From a virus, in the IMG/VR virus record IMGVR_UViG_3300048927_000480, positions 1 through 60,386 of that record: a stretch of 60,386 nucleotides of DNA; one strand, 5' to 3'. The number at the start of each line of letters is the position of its first letter. Positions within the stretch are counted from its first letter, which is position 1. Under the pieces are notes generated by a model. It made no database searches. It was not told where the DNA came from and worked only from the letters and a program-made list of their open reading frames with translations. Position numbers and translations under genes: made by a program. This document shows, piece by piece, positions 34,452 to 44,332 of this stretch.

Positions 34452-35332
34452 TGGCGATCAAGAAGTACCGCTACTACTTCGGGCCATATGGCGACGTGCA
34501 GCTGCTCCCGTCGGTCACTCGGGATGCCGGTGTCGCTCCGGGACCCCAGTTCTTCGGAGCGATCAGCCGAAGCCTCACCGGTAGCCCGTCCATGCTCTTC
34601 TACGGAGCCCGGCGGCAGTGGAACCTTACCTGGCCCCAGAACATGACCGAGGACACCGCGCGGGCGATGCTCCGGATCGAAGCTTCGTATCGGCAGCGAA
34701 TCCTGCGTCCTTACTATCTTCTCGATGCCAAGAACACCAACTACCTTCCGCCTGACGTCAGTGTCGTGGGATCCGAGAACAACTTGATCGACATCTTCGA
34801 CTGGGGCAATGGCGTCACATCCCGAGTCAACACGGGAACCTTCCACACGGAGCTCGCCGGTGTATCCGACGGGTACCTGGTGCACACCGGCGTGACTGCG
34901 TCCACGTTCTCCACACGCTTCAAGCTGCCTGTGTTGGCCGGATCGCAATACCTGTTCTCCGGGTTCTTCGCCGGCAGCGGAACTATCAAGCTGGCGCTGA
35001 ACTTCTTCAACGCGGCCGGCGTCTATATCAGCTCTCTTGTGGGCAGCAACATCGTGCTCTCGGGCACGACGACAGGTACCGTTCAGTCCTTGAGCATCGC
35101 CTCGGGCAGCGTGCCTGCCGGCTCCGTCGCCTTCACAGTAGGGTACTTCGAACAGACCGCTGCATGTGTCTGCAACACCAACGGATGGATGGTGCAGTAC
35201 GACGAAACAGTACGCCCTACCAACGGATTCCTCCCCGGAGCAGGCGGGGCACAGGTGATCGTCGAGAAGATCGGGTGGACGTACACCACGCACAAACTTC
35301 GGCAGTACACGGCCTTGGTCAGCGAGGTGTGA
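34451..35332 (+). CDS. Minor tail protein (distal tail protein position, 293 aa)
   Basis: TGATG overlap with the tape measure gene. Synteny only. Confidence 0.7.
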   Translation: MAIKKYRYYFGPYGDVQLLPSVTRDAGVAPGPQFFGAISRSLTGSPSMLFYGARRQWNLTWPQNMTEDTARAMLRIEASYRQRILRPYYLLDAKNTNYLPPDVSVVGSENNLIDIFDWGNGVTSRVNTGTFHTELAGVSDGYLVHTGVTASTFSTRFKLPVLAGSQYLFSGFFAGSGTIKLALNFFNAAGVYISSLVGSNIVLSGTTTGTVQSLSIASGSVPAGSVAFTVGYFEQTAACVCNTNGWMVQYDETVRPTNGFLPGAGGAQVIVEKIGWTYTTHKLRQYTALVSEV

Positions 35333-35333
35333 C

Positions 35334-37895
35334 ATGCAGTTCGAGACTGACGTCGACCTCGAAGCCGCAATCAACGGTCCCGTGCTCTCGATCCGTCCGT
35401 TGCTCGAGTTCGACTTTGCCCGGGACAACACCTGGAGCGGAGCTTACGCCAACCAGTCCTCCGTGATGTCCAATGTGGACATAGACTTCGCTTCCATCCA
35501 CGGAGACCTTCCTAGCGAGATCAACTCCGTAGTCGGCAGCTCCTCAGGCCTGATGACCGTCAAGCTCTCCGGATACAGCACAGCGGCGGGGCTGGATGTC
35601 ACTCAGCTCTGGTCCAAGTACTACTCACCTTCGCCGCTGTTCTCGACCGACAAGGAAGGCACACCGGTCCGTTACTCGCGGATCGTATCAACCGCTGCAG
35701 GTCCGAGAACAATCCGCCAGTTCACGGGGTGGATCAGCGAGTACATCATCGACGAAGCTACTGGTGTCGTTACCTTGACGTGCTCCGATGTCTACGATCT
35801 ACAGACTGCGCTCGTGTCACTTCCGGTATGGGCCCATGGGCCAGATGTCAGCGACACCAACACTCCTGGCCCTTCGGGCAAGGTCTCCTCCATGGCCGTC
35901 ATCGATTCTTCCTGGGTCTACAGGGAAGTCTTCCGCCAGTCCGGCCGATCACTCTGGCCCAGCGTGCGATCCGACGCCGTAGGAATGGTCTCCGGGGATG
36001 GCTCCATGCTCCCGAGCGTGGGGGAAGTCGGGTGCGCGCTCAATGTTCCTGGGGTCCACTTTCTCAGTGTGCTTTACGAAGACTACAACGTTATTCCATT
36101 CCAGTTCGGCAAGTATGGGCTCACTCCCCTCTCGGTCAGCGGAACGCAGAGCGATGACATCACAGCTGTATTTTTGCGAGCCAGCCGAGCTTGCTCTGTT
36201 CCTGATCGTGGTTCTGGGGACCCGAATACCCTGTATGTTGGGTTCGCTGGATGGGTACAGTCGACGGGTTCTCCGGGTGCGACAGGTAGTCCAACCGATT
36301 TTCTATTTTCGCTGGGGGCCTCGGGAGCCGATGAAGGATATTTGCGGCTGCTGCTTTACGCGGGCGGCAGTTTCTCTCTCAACCTGTACGAGTCCAACTC
36401 ATCCGGGTCGTCTAACGCTGGCCAGACCCGCACATACAGCTACGTGAGCTCGGGCAATTCGATCCCTTTGGGATGGCATTACCTTGAGACGTTTGTGACG
36501 TTCACCCAGTCCTCGATCTCTGCTCTGTCCAAAATAGACGGGGTGACTGTAGCTGCCACCGCAGGACCTATTAGCACCGCTGGCTACAAATACCACGACA
36601 ATCTCACTTTTCAGGAGCAGACGAACCAGCTCTGGATCCAGGTACGGGACACCCCTTTCCAGCACGCCCAGTTCTGCCACGGGTTCGTGGCTCCGCCAGC
36701 GGGGCAGCGAGACCCGGCGTACATCACAGCGGGCAAGCCGGTCCCTGCACGCACATCATTCAGCACAAACTGGCTTACCCACATCCCGGACCGGTACAAC
36801 AAGTACGGCTGGGACATCCTCAAAGAAGCAGTCGACGGTGAGCTCGGCGTCATGATCACCAGAGAAGACGGGTCTGTGTGGTGCATGGGTCGTGAAGACG
36901 CTTACATGTACGGCTGGCTGGCGACCATGGGTGGGAACATCAACGACGTCATCAACCAAGCCGTCGAAGCTGGGCTGAGCCTCTCGTGGTTCGGGGCGAA
37001 CCCAGACCTACTCCCGAGCAAGGTCACGGACCTTTCCCGAGCGAAGATTTCCGGACTACAATATAACCCATCCGCCGATATATTCCGCAACGCTATCGCA
37101 TACCACGTCGACCAGACCAAACTGATCAACGCAATCGTGTGGTCCAGCAATGACCCGAAACAGTTCTACGCCGCCTCCGGCAGCACGAACCTTGAAAAGG
37201 TTATCGGATTGCCCAGTGGTACTGTGTCGATCTACAACAACACGGTAGACGTTGGGATCACTCCGAACGCCAACAAGCCGCCACTGGACCAGACCTCGAT
37301 CTCCGCGATCCAAGCAGCCTTTCCGACCTTCGCAGCGTCGGTCGGGTGGCTTGCTTCGGTGTTCTGGCTCAGTGGCCAACGAAGCTTTCGCTTCGGCTAC
37401 GGTGCAGGGATCCTCTCTCCCGGACCCGTATACGTCGGCGCATCGTCCGGCGGTGACCAAGCGAACTTCCAGATCGGTGGCTGGAAGTACGACAACTCTG
37501 ATCCGTTTGACGAGATCTGGTTCCGCGCGGTGGGCCCAGGCAGTGTCGCTGAACGGGGGTACGTGCTCCTGGACCTCGGCACCAACGACTGGCGCCAGCA
37601 CCCGCCCCGCCTGCGCAAGATATTCGACGGTCTCCTGCGAGACACGATCGCCGCCGTGCCAGTCATGCGGAACCTCTCCGTGCCCACTGACCCACGCCGG
37701 CAGCTCCTCGACGTCGTCAAGCTGCCTCCGTCCAAAATCGTCAGCGGTGACGTCTTCGCGCAGGTGGTCGGCAAGCGGATCTCGGACACGCAGGACAACG
37801 CCCAGGACTACATCGATGTCCGTGTGCTCTTCGGCCCTGTTGAATCGGCATACTGGGATGTGTCCAATTGGGATCAGGGGGCGTGGTCCCTGTGA
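35334..37895 (+). CDS. Minor tail protein (tail-tip/hub position, 853 aa)
   Basis: Large ORF after the Dit-position gene. Synteny only. Confidence 0.7.
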   Translation: MQFETDVDLEAAINGPVLSIRPLLEFDFARDNTWSGAYANQSSVMSNVDIDFASIHGDLPSEINSVVGSSSGLMTVKLSGYSTAAGLDVTQLWSKYYSPSPLFSTDKEGTPVRYSRIVSTAAGPRTIRQFTGWISEYIIDEATGVVTLTCSDVYDLQTALVSLPVWAHGPDVSDTNTPGPSGKVSSMAVIDSSWVYREVFRQSGRSLWPSVRSDAVGMVSGDGSMLPSVGEVGCALNVPGVHFLSVLYEDYNVIPFQFGKYGLTPLSVSGTQSDDITAVFLRASRACSVPDRGSGDPNTLYVGFAGWVQSTGSPGATGSPTDFLFSLGASGADEGYLRLLLYAGGSFSLNLYESNSSGSSNAGQTRTYSYVSSGNSIPLGWHYLETFVTFTQSSISALSKIDGVTVAATAGPISTAGYKYHDNLTFQEQTNQLWIQVRDTPFQHAQFCHGFVAPPAGQRDPAYITAGKPVPARTSFSTNWLTHIPDRYNKYGWDILKEAVDGELGVMITREDGSVWCMGREDAYMYGWLATMGGNINDVINQAVEAGLSLSWFGANPDLLPSKVTDLSRAKISGLQYNPSADIFRNAIAYHVDQTKLINAIVWSSNDPKQFYAASGSTNLEKVIGLPSGTVSIYNNTVDVGITPNANKPPLDQTSISAIQAAFPTFAASVGWLASVFWLSGQRSFRFGYGAGILSPGPVYVGASSGGDQANFQIGGWKYDNSDPFDEIWFRAVGPGSVAERGYVLLDLGTNDWRQHPPRLRKIFDGLLRDTIAAVPVMRNLSVPTDPRRQLLDVVKLPPSKIVSGDVFAQVVGKRISDTQDNAQDYIDVRVLFGPVESAYWDVSNWDQGAWSL

Positions 37896-37907
37896 AGGAG
37901 AGCTGAG

Positions 37908-38483
37908 ATGACGTACACGTCCCTGGCGACGCCAGTCCCGAACACCAAGATCTTGGTGTCCTCCTTCGGTAACCTGGTCAAGCAGGACCTAGACGACCAC
38001 GAGGGCCGGATGCTCTCGGCCGAGGCCCGGCTCACTGCCCTCGAGCTTCCGACTCGCGCCGACTGCGCCTACTACCTTGCGGGCGCGTCCGGTGCGAACC
38101 TGAAAAACACCCCCGCTGGCACCTACACGCTCATCGACGGCTGGACGCCGATCCCACCAGCCGTCTCCTACGCGGGGCTGATCACCCACTCCGCCGGCGT
38201 GTTCACCATCGCCAAGACCGGGTACTGGGCCTTCGGCCTGAACTTGCGGTTCAACTCGGGGGGCACTGATCTCTACGCGATGATCGGCGAGTCCAACACC
38301 AAGCTCTGGGCGCGCACACCGGTTACAGGGCCGCTGGATGTGGCTGCGAACGTACCGCCACGGCGGTACGTGGTGGGCCAGGAGGTGCGGACGTACGCCT
38401 ACTCCGGAGCCGCGCGGAACCTCACTCGCGACAGCACCAACGACCTCATCCCCGCCTTCTACGTCACTTACCTCGGCGCGTGA
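37908..38483 (+). CDS. Minor tail / fibre-like protein (191 aa)
   Basis: Short N-terminal coiled segment followed by a beta-rich C-domain. Synteny only. Confidence 0.6.
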   Translation: MTYTSLATPVPNTKILVSSFGNLVKQDLDDHEGRMLSAEARLTALELPTRADCAYYLAGASGANLKNTPAGTYTLIDGWTPIPPAVSYAGLITHSAGVFTIAKTGYWAFGLNLRFNSGGTDLYAMIGESNTKLWARTPVTGPLDVAANVPPRRYVVGQEVRTYAYSGAARNLTRDSTNDLIPAFYVTYLGA

Positions 38484-38559
38484 CGATCATGCCAGAAATG
38501 TCAGACCTCCCAGGTAGACTCAGGGCTGACCTGCACACACGCACGATCGGCAGAAGCCC

Positions 38560-38844
38560 ATGAACCAGGGAAACTGGATCGCCCTCCTGGGCATCGTGGT
38601 AGCGCTGCTGGGGATTTGCGTCCCCGTGCTGGTCACCCTCATCCTGAGAGGGAAGGACGCCCACAAGGCTGAGATAGCGCAGCGTGACGCGGTGATCGCA
38701 AAGCAAGAAGAGATCATCGAGCGCCAGCGTGAAACGATCTTCGACAACAAGATCTCGATCAGCCAACTTGCCGGCACCGCGGAAAGCGTGGACAGGCTCC
38801 TGCGGGCGTTCCCGATACCTCAGCAGGACAGGACCGGACAATGA
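38560..38844 (+). CDS. Membrane protein: N-terminal TM helix plus coiled coil (94 aa)
   Basis: WIALLGIVVALLGICVPVLVTLIL. First gene of the lysis-cassette-like cluster. Confidence 0.65.
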   Translation: MNQGNWIALLGIVVALLGICVPVLVTLILRGKDAHKAEIAQRDAVIAKQEEIIERQRETIFDNKISISQLAGTAESVDRLLRAFPIPQQDRTGQ

Positions 38845-39080
38845 ACAAGTTCGTCATGTGGCTATTGGGGCAGCAGTCAGAGATCGACACTTGCGTCGAT
38901 CCGAGACTGGCGGAGCTGGACGTGCAGCGTGAGGAAGCTGACGAGCAACGGGCCGAGGCTCGGGAGTTGCGTGCCCGAGCCGAGCACCTGGGGCCGCGGC
39001 AGCGGGCACGTCTGCGCCAGAACCACTTCGGCGAAGGAATGCGTGAAGCGTTACACCAGAGAGGCTGGACCCAGAGATGA
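38841..39080 (+). CDS. Hypothetical charged protein (79 aa)
   Basis: ATGA overlap with the upstream CDS. Confidence 0.6.
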   Translation: MNKFVMWLLGQQSEIDTCVDPRLAELDVQREEADEQRAEARELRARAEHLGPRQRARLRQNHFGEGMREALHQRGWTQR

Positions 39081-39415
39081 ACGTCTCCGCGACGATTGCT
39101 TTGGTGGTGGGATGGATCGGTAGTGCTGCCTTCCTGTTCCCGTACATGAAGTTGGTGCCGTTGTGGTGGAAAGAACCTCACCGAGTTCACGTCGTCGCGT
39201 TTTCCAGTGACGTATTTCTGTTCTTCACGCTGTACCTGCTGCGACCGCTCATTGAGCCGCACATCTTCCAGTACATTCGGCTGGTGTTATTGTGGGTTCT
39301 TGCACTACTGGCAGCATGGCGAGCCGTCATCTTCCTCGGAGGGCTGTTGCGGTCTCGCAAGAACAGACGCGGGCGCGGAGATATTCTACAGAGCCCTGGA
39401 AATGAGGAGAGCTGA
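39077..39415 (+). CDS. Multi-TM membrane protein, holin candidate (112 aa)
   Basis: About 3-4 hydrophobic helices and a basic C-terminus (RSRKNRRGRG). Directly upstream of the lysin. Confidence 0.6.
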   Translation: MNVSATIALVVGWIGSAAFLFPYMKLVPLWWKEPHRVHVVAFSSDVFLFFTLYLLRPLIEPHIFQYIRLVLLWVLALLAAWRAVIFLGGLLRSRKNRRGRGDILQSPGNEES

Positions 39416-40410
39416 TGGCCACCGCTCTTGACTATTCCGCCGCTAGGCTGGCAGCGGCCACGATCAAGGCCGCGGGCCATGCCGGCGTGATCCGCTACGT
39501 AGGCACTCCCGGCCGGACCAAGAACATCACCAAATCCGAGTACGAGGACCTGACCCGCAATGACGTTGGCGTGGCCCTGGTCTACGAGAACCGGGCTGGT
39601 GATGCCAACGGCGGGTTCTCGGCGGGTGCGAACGCTGCACGCGCAGCTCGTGCCGACGCTGACTCGATCGGTTGGCCACGTGACCGGCCGATCTACTTCG
39701 CGATCGACTCCGACCAGGTGACCAGTTTGGACTTCCAGGAGGTTTCGGGCTACCTGGACGGCGCTGCGTCAGTGCTGGGGGACGGCATTGAACGAACCGG
39801 CGTGTACGGCGAATACGACGTGATTGAACGCAACGTCGGCTCCCACGCCCGACACGGCTGGCAAACCGTCGCGTGGTCAGGCGGCCGCATCTCGAAGAAG
39901 GCGGCGCTGTACCAGCGCCTCGGGCAGATCCACATCGGCGGGATCCAGGTCGACGTGAACAGCATCCTGGCCGCCGACTGGGGCCAGCACAACGCACAGG
40001 AGGACGACATGCCGGACGAAGCAACGTTCAAGAGGTGGGTCGGAGAAGCCGTCGATTCGCGGATCAGTGCGATCGTCGCGCAGACGCGGGACGCCGTCCG
40101 CTACCAGGTGCTCGCCACCGACCACGACCCGAACAACCCGGCCACGTTCAACTTCGACGGCCGGAACATCATCGACATCCTGTTGCAGATCCTCGCCAAC
40201 ACCTTCGCTCTGCTCGCCAAGACCGACGGAGCATCGGCGGAGGAGATCGCGACGAAGCTGCTTCCCGCACTCACCACGGCCATGATCGACGAACTGCAGT
40301 CGCGGGATGCGATCAGCGACGAGGACGCAGAGCAGATCGCCAAGGCCGTCACCGACCGGGCCGGCACGCTGCTGCTCTCGGCCGGCCGTACCCAGGAGGT
40401 CTCCCAGTGA
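39415..40410 (+). CDS. Endolysin with a glycoside-hydrolase-like DUF1906 (Rv2525c-like) N-domain (331 aa)
   Basis: N-terminal pattern DYS..AA..IKAAG..GVIRYV...LT..E...L....V.VALVYE. Flanked by membrane proteins. Confidence 0.65.
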   Translation: MATALDYSAARLAAATIKAAGHAGVIRYVGTPGRTKNITKSEYEDLTRNDVGVALVYENRAGDANGGFSAGANAARAARADADSIGWPRDRPIYFAIDSDQVTSLDFQEVSGYLDGAASVLGDGIERTGVYGEYDVIERNVGSHARHGWQTVAWSGGRISKKAALYQRLGQIHIGGIQVDVNSILAADWGQHNAQEDDMPDEATFKRWVGEAVDSRISAIVAQTRDAVRYQVLATDHDPNNPATFNFDGRNIIDILLQILANTFALLAKTDGASAEEIATKLLPALTTAMIDELQSRDAISDEDAEQIAKAVTDRAGTLLLSAGRTQEVSQ

Positions 40411-40811
40411 TCACACCCACGAGCAAGCTCAAGACCTGGGCCTCGGCCCTGTTCACTGTGCTGGCCGTCGCCGTTCCGGCGATCTTCGCCGGACCGCTTA
40501 CCCCGACCGGCTGGACGAACGTCGGGCTGATGGTCCTCGGCACGCTGGCCGTACACATCGTGCCAAACATGGCCGGCTCCGTGGCGGAGTGGTCCAAGTC
40601 GATCATCGCCGGGTTCACGACGATCGGGACCCTGCTGGTGAGCTTCTTCGCCGACGGCTCCTACGCGCTCTCGACCCCGGAGATCATGCAGATCGCCGCA
40701 GCCGCGCTGGCGATCGTCGGTGTCTACCGGCTCGACGGCCCGTTGTGGACGGACAGGCTCATCGAAGGCACGGTGTCACGGAGTCGCGTCGAACCGATCG
40801 ACGAGCCGTAG
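40407..40811 (+). CDS. Four-TM membrane protein, holin candidate (134 aa)
   Basis: GTGA overlap with the lysin stop. About four hydrophobic helices. Confidence 0.6.
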   Translation: MITPTSKLKTWASALFTVLAVAVPAIFAGPLTPTGWTNVGLMVLGTLAVHIVPNMAGSVAEWSKSIIAGFTTIGTLLVSFFADGSYALSTPEIMQIAAAALAIVGVYRLDGPLWTDRLIEGTVSRSRVEPIDEP

Positions 40812-40850
40812 ACTCGGATCACCGGGAACGAGCCCAGGAGGACCGACACC

Positions 40851-41201
40851 ATGATGCGCATCTCGCAAGGCGCCGATTGGGCTCGTTTCTGGCCGCTGGC
40901 GAACCCCGACGGCACCCCGATCACAGACTGGACGAGCTGGGCTGCCCTCGCCCAGGTCCGCGAAACCCTCGACGCAGCCCAGCCGGTCTGGAGCTGGCAG
41001 ACCGCCCCGGACGACGACGCTTTCCCCGGCACCGCGTCGTTCGGCGATGGCGGTCTGACGCTCGCGCACGAGGCCGACGACACCCTCGCGTGGACCTGGC
41101 GCCTGGGCGTCTGGGACTTGCGCGTCACCAACCCCACCGGCAAGGTCGCGCTCGCCGCGCACGGCCGTGTCATGGTGATCCCTGTGGTCACCCGCACCTG
41201 A
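40851..41201 (+). CDS. Hypothetical protein (116 aa)
   Basis: Complete ORF, Trp-rich and beta-like. Confidence 0.6.
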   Translation: MMRISQGADWARFWPLANPDGTPITDWTSWAALAQVRETLDAAQPVWSWQTAPDDDAFPGTASFGDGGLTLAHEADDTLAWTWRLGVWDLRVTNPTGKVALAAHGRVMVIPVVTRT

Positions 41202-41211
41202 AGGAGAGACC

Positions 41212-41475
41212 ATGGCTCTGATCACCAGAACGTGTGTCGGATGTGGACAACACGACGACCACCCCAAGCACGTGATCGGCACCCACGACGGCAACGCGAT
41301 CGCCTGGCACATGGACTGCCACGCGGCCTCCGAGGAAGGATGCGCCAGCTGCTCAGCGCAGAAAGCCAACGCCGAGCATCTGCGCGGTGACGAGTTCCGC
41401 GACCACATCACCGGACTCGGGGACGGCTTCCACGCCGAGCTGATGGCCTCGGTCAACCCGCAGGGAGGCGAGTGA
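41212..41475 (+). CDS. Hypothetical Cys/His-rich protein (87 aa)
   Basis: CVGC...H...H..CH....C..C pattern suggests metal binding. Confidence 0.6.
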   Translation: MALITRTCVGCGQHDDHPKHVIGTHDGNAIAWHMDCHAASEEGCASCSAQKANAEHLRGDEFRDHITGLGDGFHAELMASVNPQGGE

Positions 41476-41476
41476 C

Positions 41477-41869
41477 ATGGCCGGTGGCCTGACCAACGGC
41501 GAGAGCGACCGGCTCGTCAACTGCTCCCTCGGCATCACCGCCTACACCGCGCCGACCGGCGCCATGAAGCTCGCCCTCGCGTCGACGGCCAGCTCCGCGT
41601 CCGCCGCCGGCACCGAGGTCACAGGCGGCAGCTACGCGCGCCAGGCCATCACCTTTGGCACCCCGGCATCCGGCGGAACCGGCGTCGCCAGCACGGCTGC
41701 GACGACGTTCACGAACATGCCGACCATCACCACGACCCACGGTGACATCTACGACTCCAACGGCTCACCGCGGCGCGCGTACTGGGCACCGCTCGGCTCG
41801 TCCAAGTCCACCAACCTCGGCGACACCCTGACCTTCCCCATTGGCTCCATCACCGTGGACCTGGACTGA
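41477..41869 (+). CDS. Minor tail-like protein (130 aa)
   Basis: Ala/Thr/Gly-rich. The EVTGGSYARQAITF segment resembles small phage fibre-associated proteins. Weak call. Confidence 0.5.
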   Translation: MAGGLTNGESDRLVNCSLGITAYTAPTGAMKLALASTASSASAAGTEVTGGSYARQAITFGTPASGGTGVASTAATTFTNMPTITTTHGDIYDSNGSPRRAYWAPLGSSKSTNLGDTLTFPIGSITVDLD

Positions 41870-41879
41870 GGGGCCGACA

Positions 41880-42413
41880 ATGCGCCAGTACTGGGTCGCC
41901 CCCGTCCCGCCGTTCCACGATGCCGACGGCACCGCGTACGCCAGCAGCACGGCGCTGACCGACGTCAGCCCGACACCGGCCAACGTCATCGCCGCCGGCC
42001 AGCTCGAGAAGTACACCGAACTGGAAGTCGAGGCCTTCGGCGAGTTCAGCAACACCGGCACCCCGACCCTCCTGATCGGCGTCTACTACGGCGGCGTCGC
42101 CGGCGTCGCGCTGGCCGCGTGCGCCGCTACGGCGACCGCCGCGGGCGTCACAGGCGTGCCCTGGAAGCTGACCTACCGCGGCCGTGTCCGGGCCATCGGC
42201 TCCGCCGGCTCGATCGTCGGCCAGGGCGTGCTCGAGCTGGGCACCTCGCTGACCGCGCTCACCCCGATCCCGATCCCCGCGACCAAGGCAGCTCGCACCG
42301 TCGCCATCGACACGACCACTGCCAAGGCGGTCACCATCGGCGCGCAGTGGGGAACTTCGAACGCGGCCAACACGCTCACCGTCAACGAGATCCTGGTGAA
42401 GCTGATCAACTAG
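41880..42413 (+). CDS. Hypothetical, probable tail-associated protein (177 aa)
   Basis: ATG 41880 (MRQYWVAP..). Ala/Thr/Gly-rich and beta-like. Confidence 0.55.
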   Translation: MRQYWVAPVPPFHDADGTAYASSTALTDVSPTPANVIAAGQLEKYTELEVEAFGEFSNTGTPTLLIGVYYGGVAGVALAACAATATAAGVTGVPWKLTYRGRVRAIGSAGSIVGQGVLELGTSLTALTPIPIPATKAARTVAIDTTTAKAVTIGAQWGTSNAANTLTVNEILVKLIN

Positions 42414-42422
42414 GAGTCCGCG

Positions 42423-44141
42423 ATGGGTCTGGAATTCGCGGCCTCGTTCAACGACGTCGGCGCGTCGCTGGTCATCGATCAGTCGGGCAAGGGCCGGCAC
42501 CTCGACCTGAGTTCGGCCAACGCCTCCCAGGTCGCAGGCGGGCACGACCGAGGCGCCCTGGGCAAGACCGGCGCCACCATGCCCGTCCTGCCGGCCGCTG
42601 TACTCGCCGCATCGCAAACCGACGACCGCTGCATCATGGTCGACTACCAGAGCGACCTGACCACCTGGATCGTCCGGTTCGACGACCCCACGTTCGGCTC
42701 CGGGATGTGGGGCCTGCTCAACCTCGGATCACCGAACTCCGTCCAGGGCCAGGCCCGGGACAACAGCGGTTCGCACAACCTGATGACCAGGCCGAGCGCC
42801 ACGGCCCCCGGAGCATCCTGGCACAACTACGCCCTGGTCTACGTCCGGGCGACCGGCGTCTGCTCGATCTACCGCGACGGCGTGTTCGTCACCAGCCAGA
42901 GCTTCACCGCCGGCACCCAGCTCTCCACCAGCGCGACCGCGATCAACATCGCCGAGTGGACGACGACCGGTCCAACCCTTGATAACCTGCGGATCTTCAG
43001 CCACGCGCCACGCGCCGACGAGATCCTCGCGCTGGCCAACAGCCCCGTCATGCCTGACTCGCCGATCGCGGTACTCACCTCCGGCGTGCTCGGCCCAGGT
43101 CTCTTCCAGCGCCCGTGGCGCGGGACCGGCAGCGATCTGGCCAGCACCAGCTCCCAGAACGGCACACTCGCCATCACCGGCACGTCGGCCGTCGGGCTCG
43201 CCGGCACCCTGGACCAGCCCGCGGCGATCGCGCCAGTGGGTACGGCGTCCGTGGGTCTGGCGGCGTTCGCCGATCGTCCCGCTGCCCTCGCCGCAACCGG
43301 CGTGGCCAGCGTCGGGCTCAGCGGTACCCGAGATCAGCCTGCCTCCCTGGCCGCCGTCGCGTTGGCCTTGGTGGGGCTCGCTGGCACCGTCACCCAGCCG
43401 GGCACGCTGCCAGTGACCGGAGCCGCCGCGGTCAGTCTCTCCGGCACCCGGGACCAGCCGGTGACGCTGCCGGTGACCGGTGCGGCGGCCGTGGCGCTCG
43501 CCGCCGTGCTCGACCAGCACGCCACACTGGCGGTCGGCGGGTCGGCGAACGTGGCCCTGGCCGCGGTCCGGGAGCAGTTCGCGGCCCTCGCCCCGCTGGG
43601 TCTGGCCGCGGTGGGACTGGCGGGTGTGCTTGAGCAACCGGCGACGCTGGCCGTGGTCAGTGCGAGCACCGTCGGGCTGCTGGCCACCCGCTCCACGGAC
43701 GGAGCGCTCGTGATCGCCGGAGTCACCACGGTCGGCTTGGACACGCTGGGCACGAAGACAGGCTCCCTGGATGTCACCGCGGCCGCGCTCGTGGCGCTGG
43801 CCGGCACCCTGGAGGTCCAGGCCGGGCTGCAGGTCACCGCGGCATCGAGCCTGCAGCTGCTCGCCGGCGTCGAGGTGAGCGGGACGCTGAGCCCTCGAGC
43901 CGCTGCCGCGGTGGGCCTGTTCGGCGGCGTCTCGGTGCCCGCGCTCCTGGCTGTCGTCGCAGCGGCGCGTGTGGGGCTGGTGCCGCTTGGGGAAGCAGGT
44001 GGCGCGCTCCTGCTCGACGTCGGCCAGCCCCACGACGTCGAGTGGCTGGCGGCCGGCACACCGGAGGAACGGCGCGCGCTGCTCGTCGAACGGGTCCGGC
44101 AGCAGCTCTGGCTCATCGCTGGTCCGAGCAAACCGGTGTGA
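42423..44141 (+). CDS. Tail fibre / receptor-binding candidate: LamG/ConA-like N-domain plus 14 x 20-aa repeats (572 aa)
   Basis: The N-terminal 230 aa resemble concanavalin-A-like lectin domains (..WHNYALVY..IYRDG..). C-terminal repeat array; last gene of the rightward late block. Confidence 0.65.
   Translation: MGLEFAASFNDVGASLVIDQSGKGRHLDLSSANASQVAGGHDRGALGKTGATMPVLPAAVLAASQTDDRCIMVDYQSDLTTWIVRFDDPTFGSGMWGLLNLGSPNSVQGQARDNSGSHNLMTRPSATAPGASWHNYALVYVRATGVCSIYRDGVFVTSQSFTAGTQLSTSATAINIAEWTTTGPTLDNLRIFSHAPRADEILALANSPVMPDSPIAVLTSGVLGPGLFQRPWRGTGSDLASTSSQNGTLAITGTSAVGLAGTLDQPAAIAPVGTASVGLAAFADRPAALAATGVASVGLSGTRDQPASLAAVALALVGLAGTVTQPGTLPVTGAAAVSLSGTRDQPVTLPVTGAAAVALAAVLDQHATLAVGGSANVALAAVREQFAALAPLGLAAVGLAGVLEQPATLAVVSASTVGLLATRSTDGALVIAGVTTVGLDTLGTKTGSLDVTAAALVALAGTLEVQAGLQVTAASSLQLLAGVEVSGTLSPRAAAAVGLFGGVSVPALLAVVAAARVGLVPLGEAGGALLLDVGQPHDVEWLAAGTPEERRALLVERVRQQLWLIAGPSKPV
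43179..44018 (+). repeat. 14 tandem in-frame degenerate 60-bp repeats
   Basis: Aligns with an exact 60-nt period from 43179 to 44018. Consensus peptide is roughly G-T/A-x-A-V-G-L-A-G-T-x-D-Q-P-A-x-L-A-x-x. Confidence 0.85.
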
Positions 44142-44201
44142 CACGGTAGGCTGATCACGCTCGGCCTGTGGATCGGGCATGTGTTAGCTGGTAGCGACAC
44201 A

Positions 44202-44240
44202 GAAGGCCCCGTCACCGGTTCTCGCCGGGACGGGGCCTTC
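44202..44240. terminator. Bidirectional hairpin terminator between convergent blocks
   Basis: GAAGGCCCCGTC (44202-44213) pairs perfectly with GACGGGGCCTTC (44229-44240). Lies between the stops at 44141 (+) and 44333 (-). Confidence 0.6.
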
Positions 44241-44332
44241 GTGCCGAGGCCACCGCGGGCAATTCCAGCTCGCGCACCCAACCAGCCCGGTGCGCTACCC
44301 GCGGTCGTTCTGCGGCTGTCCTCGCCTCGAGC

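Noticed and set aside
42423-44141. Diversity-generating retroelement or phase-variable cassette acting on the repeat-containing tail gene.
   Set aside because: There is no reverse transcriptase, no template repeat elsewhere in the genome and no invertase. The repeats are diverged and strictly in frame, consistent with a structural repeat.
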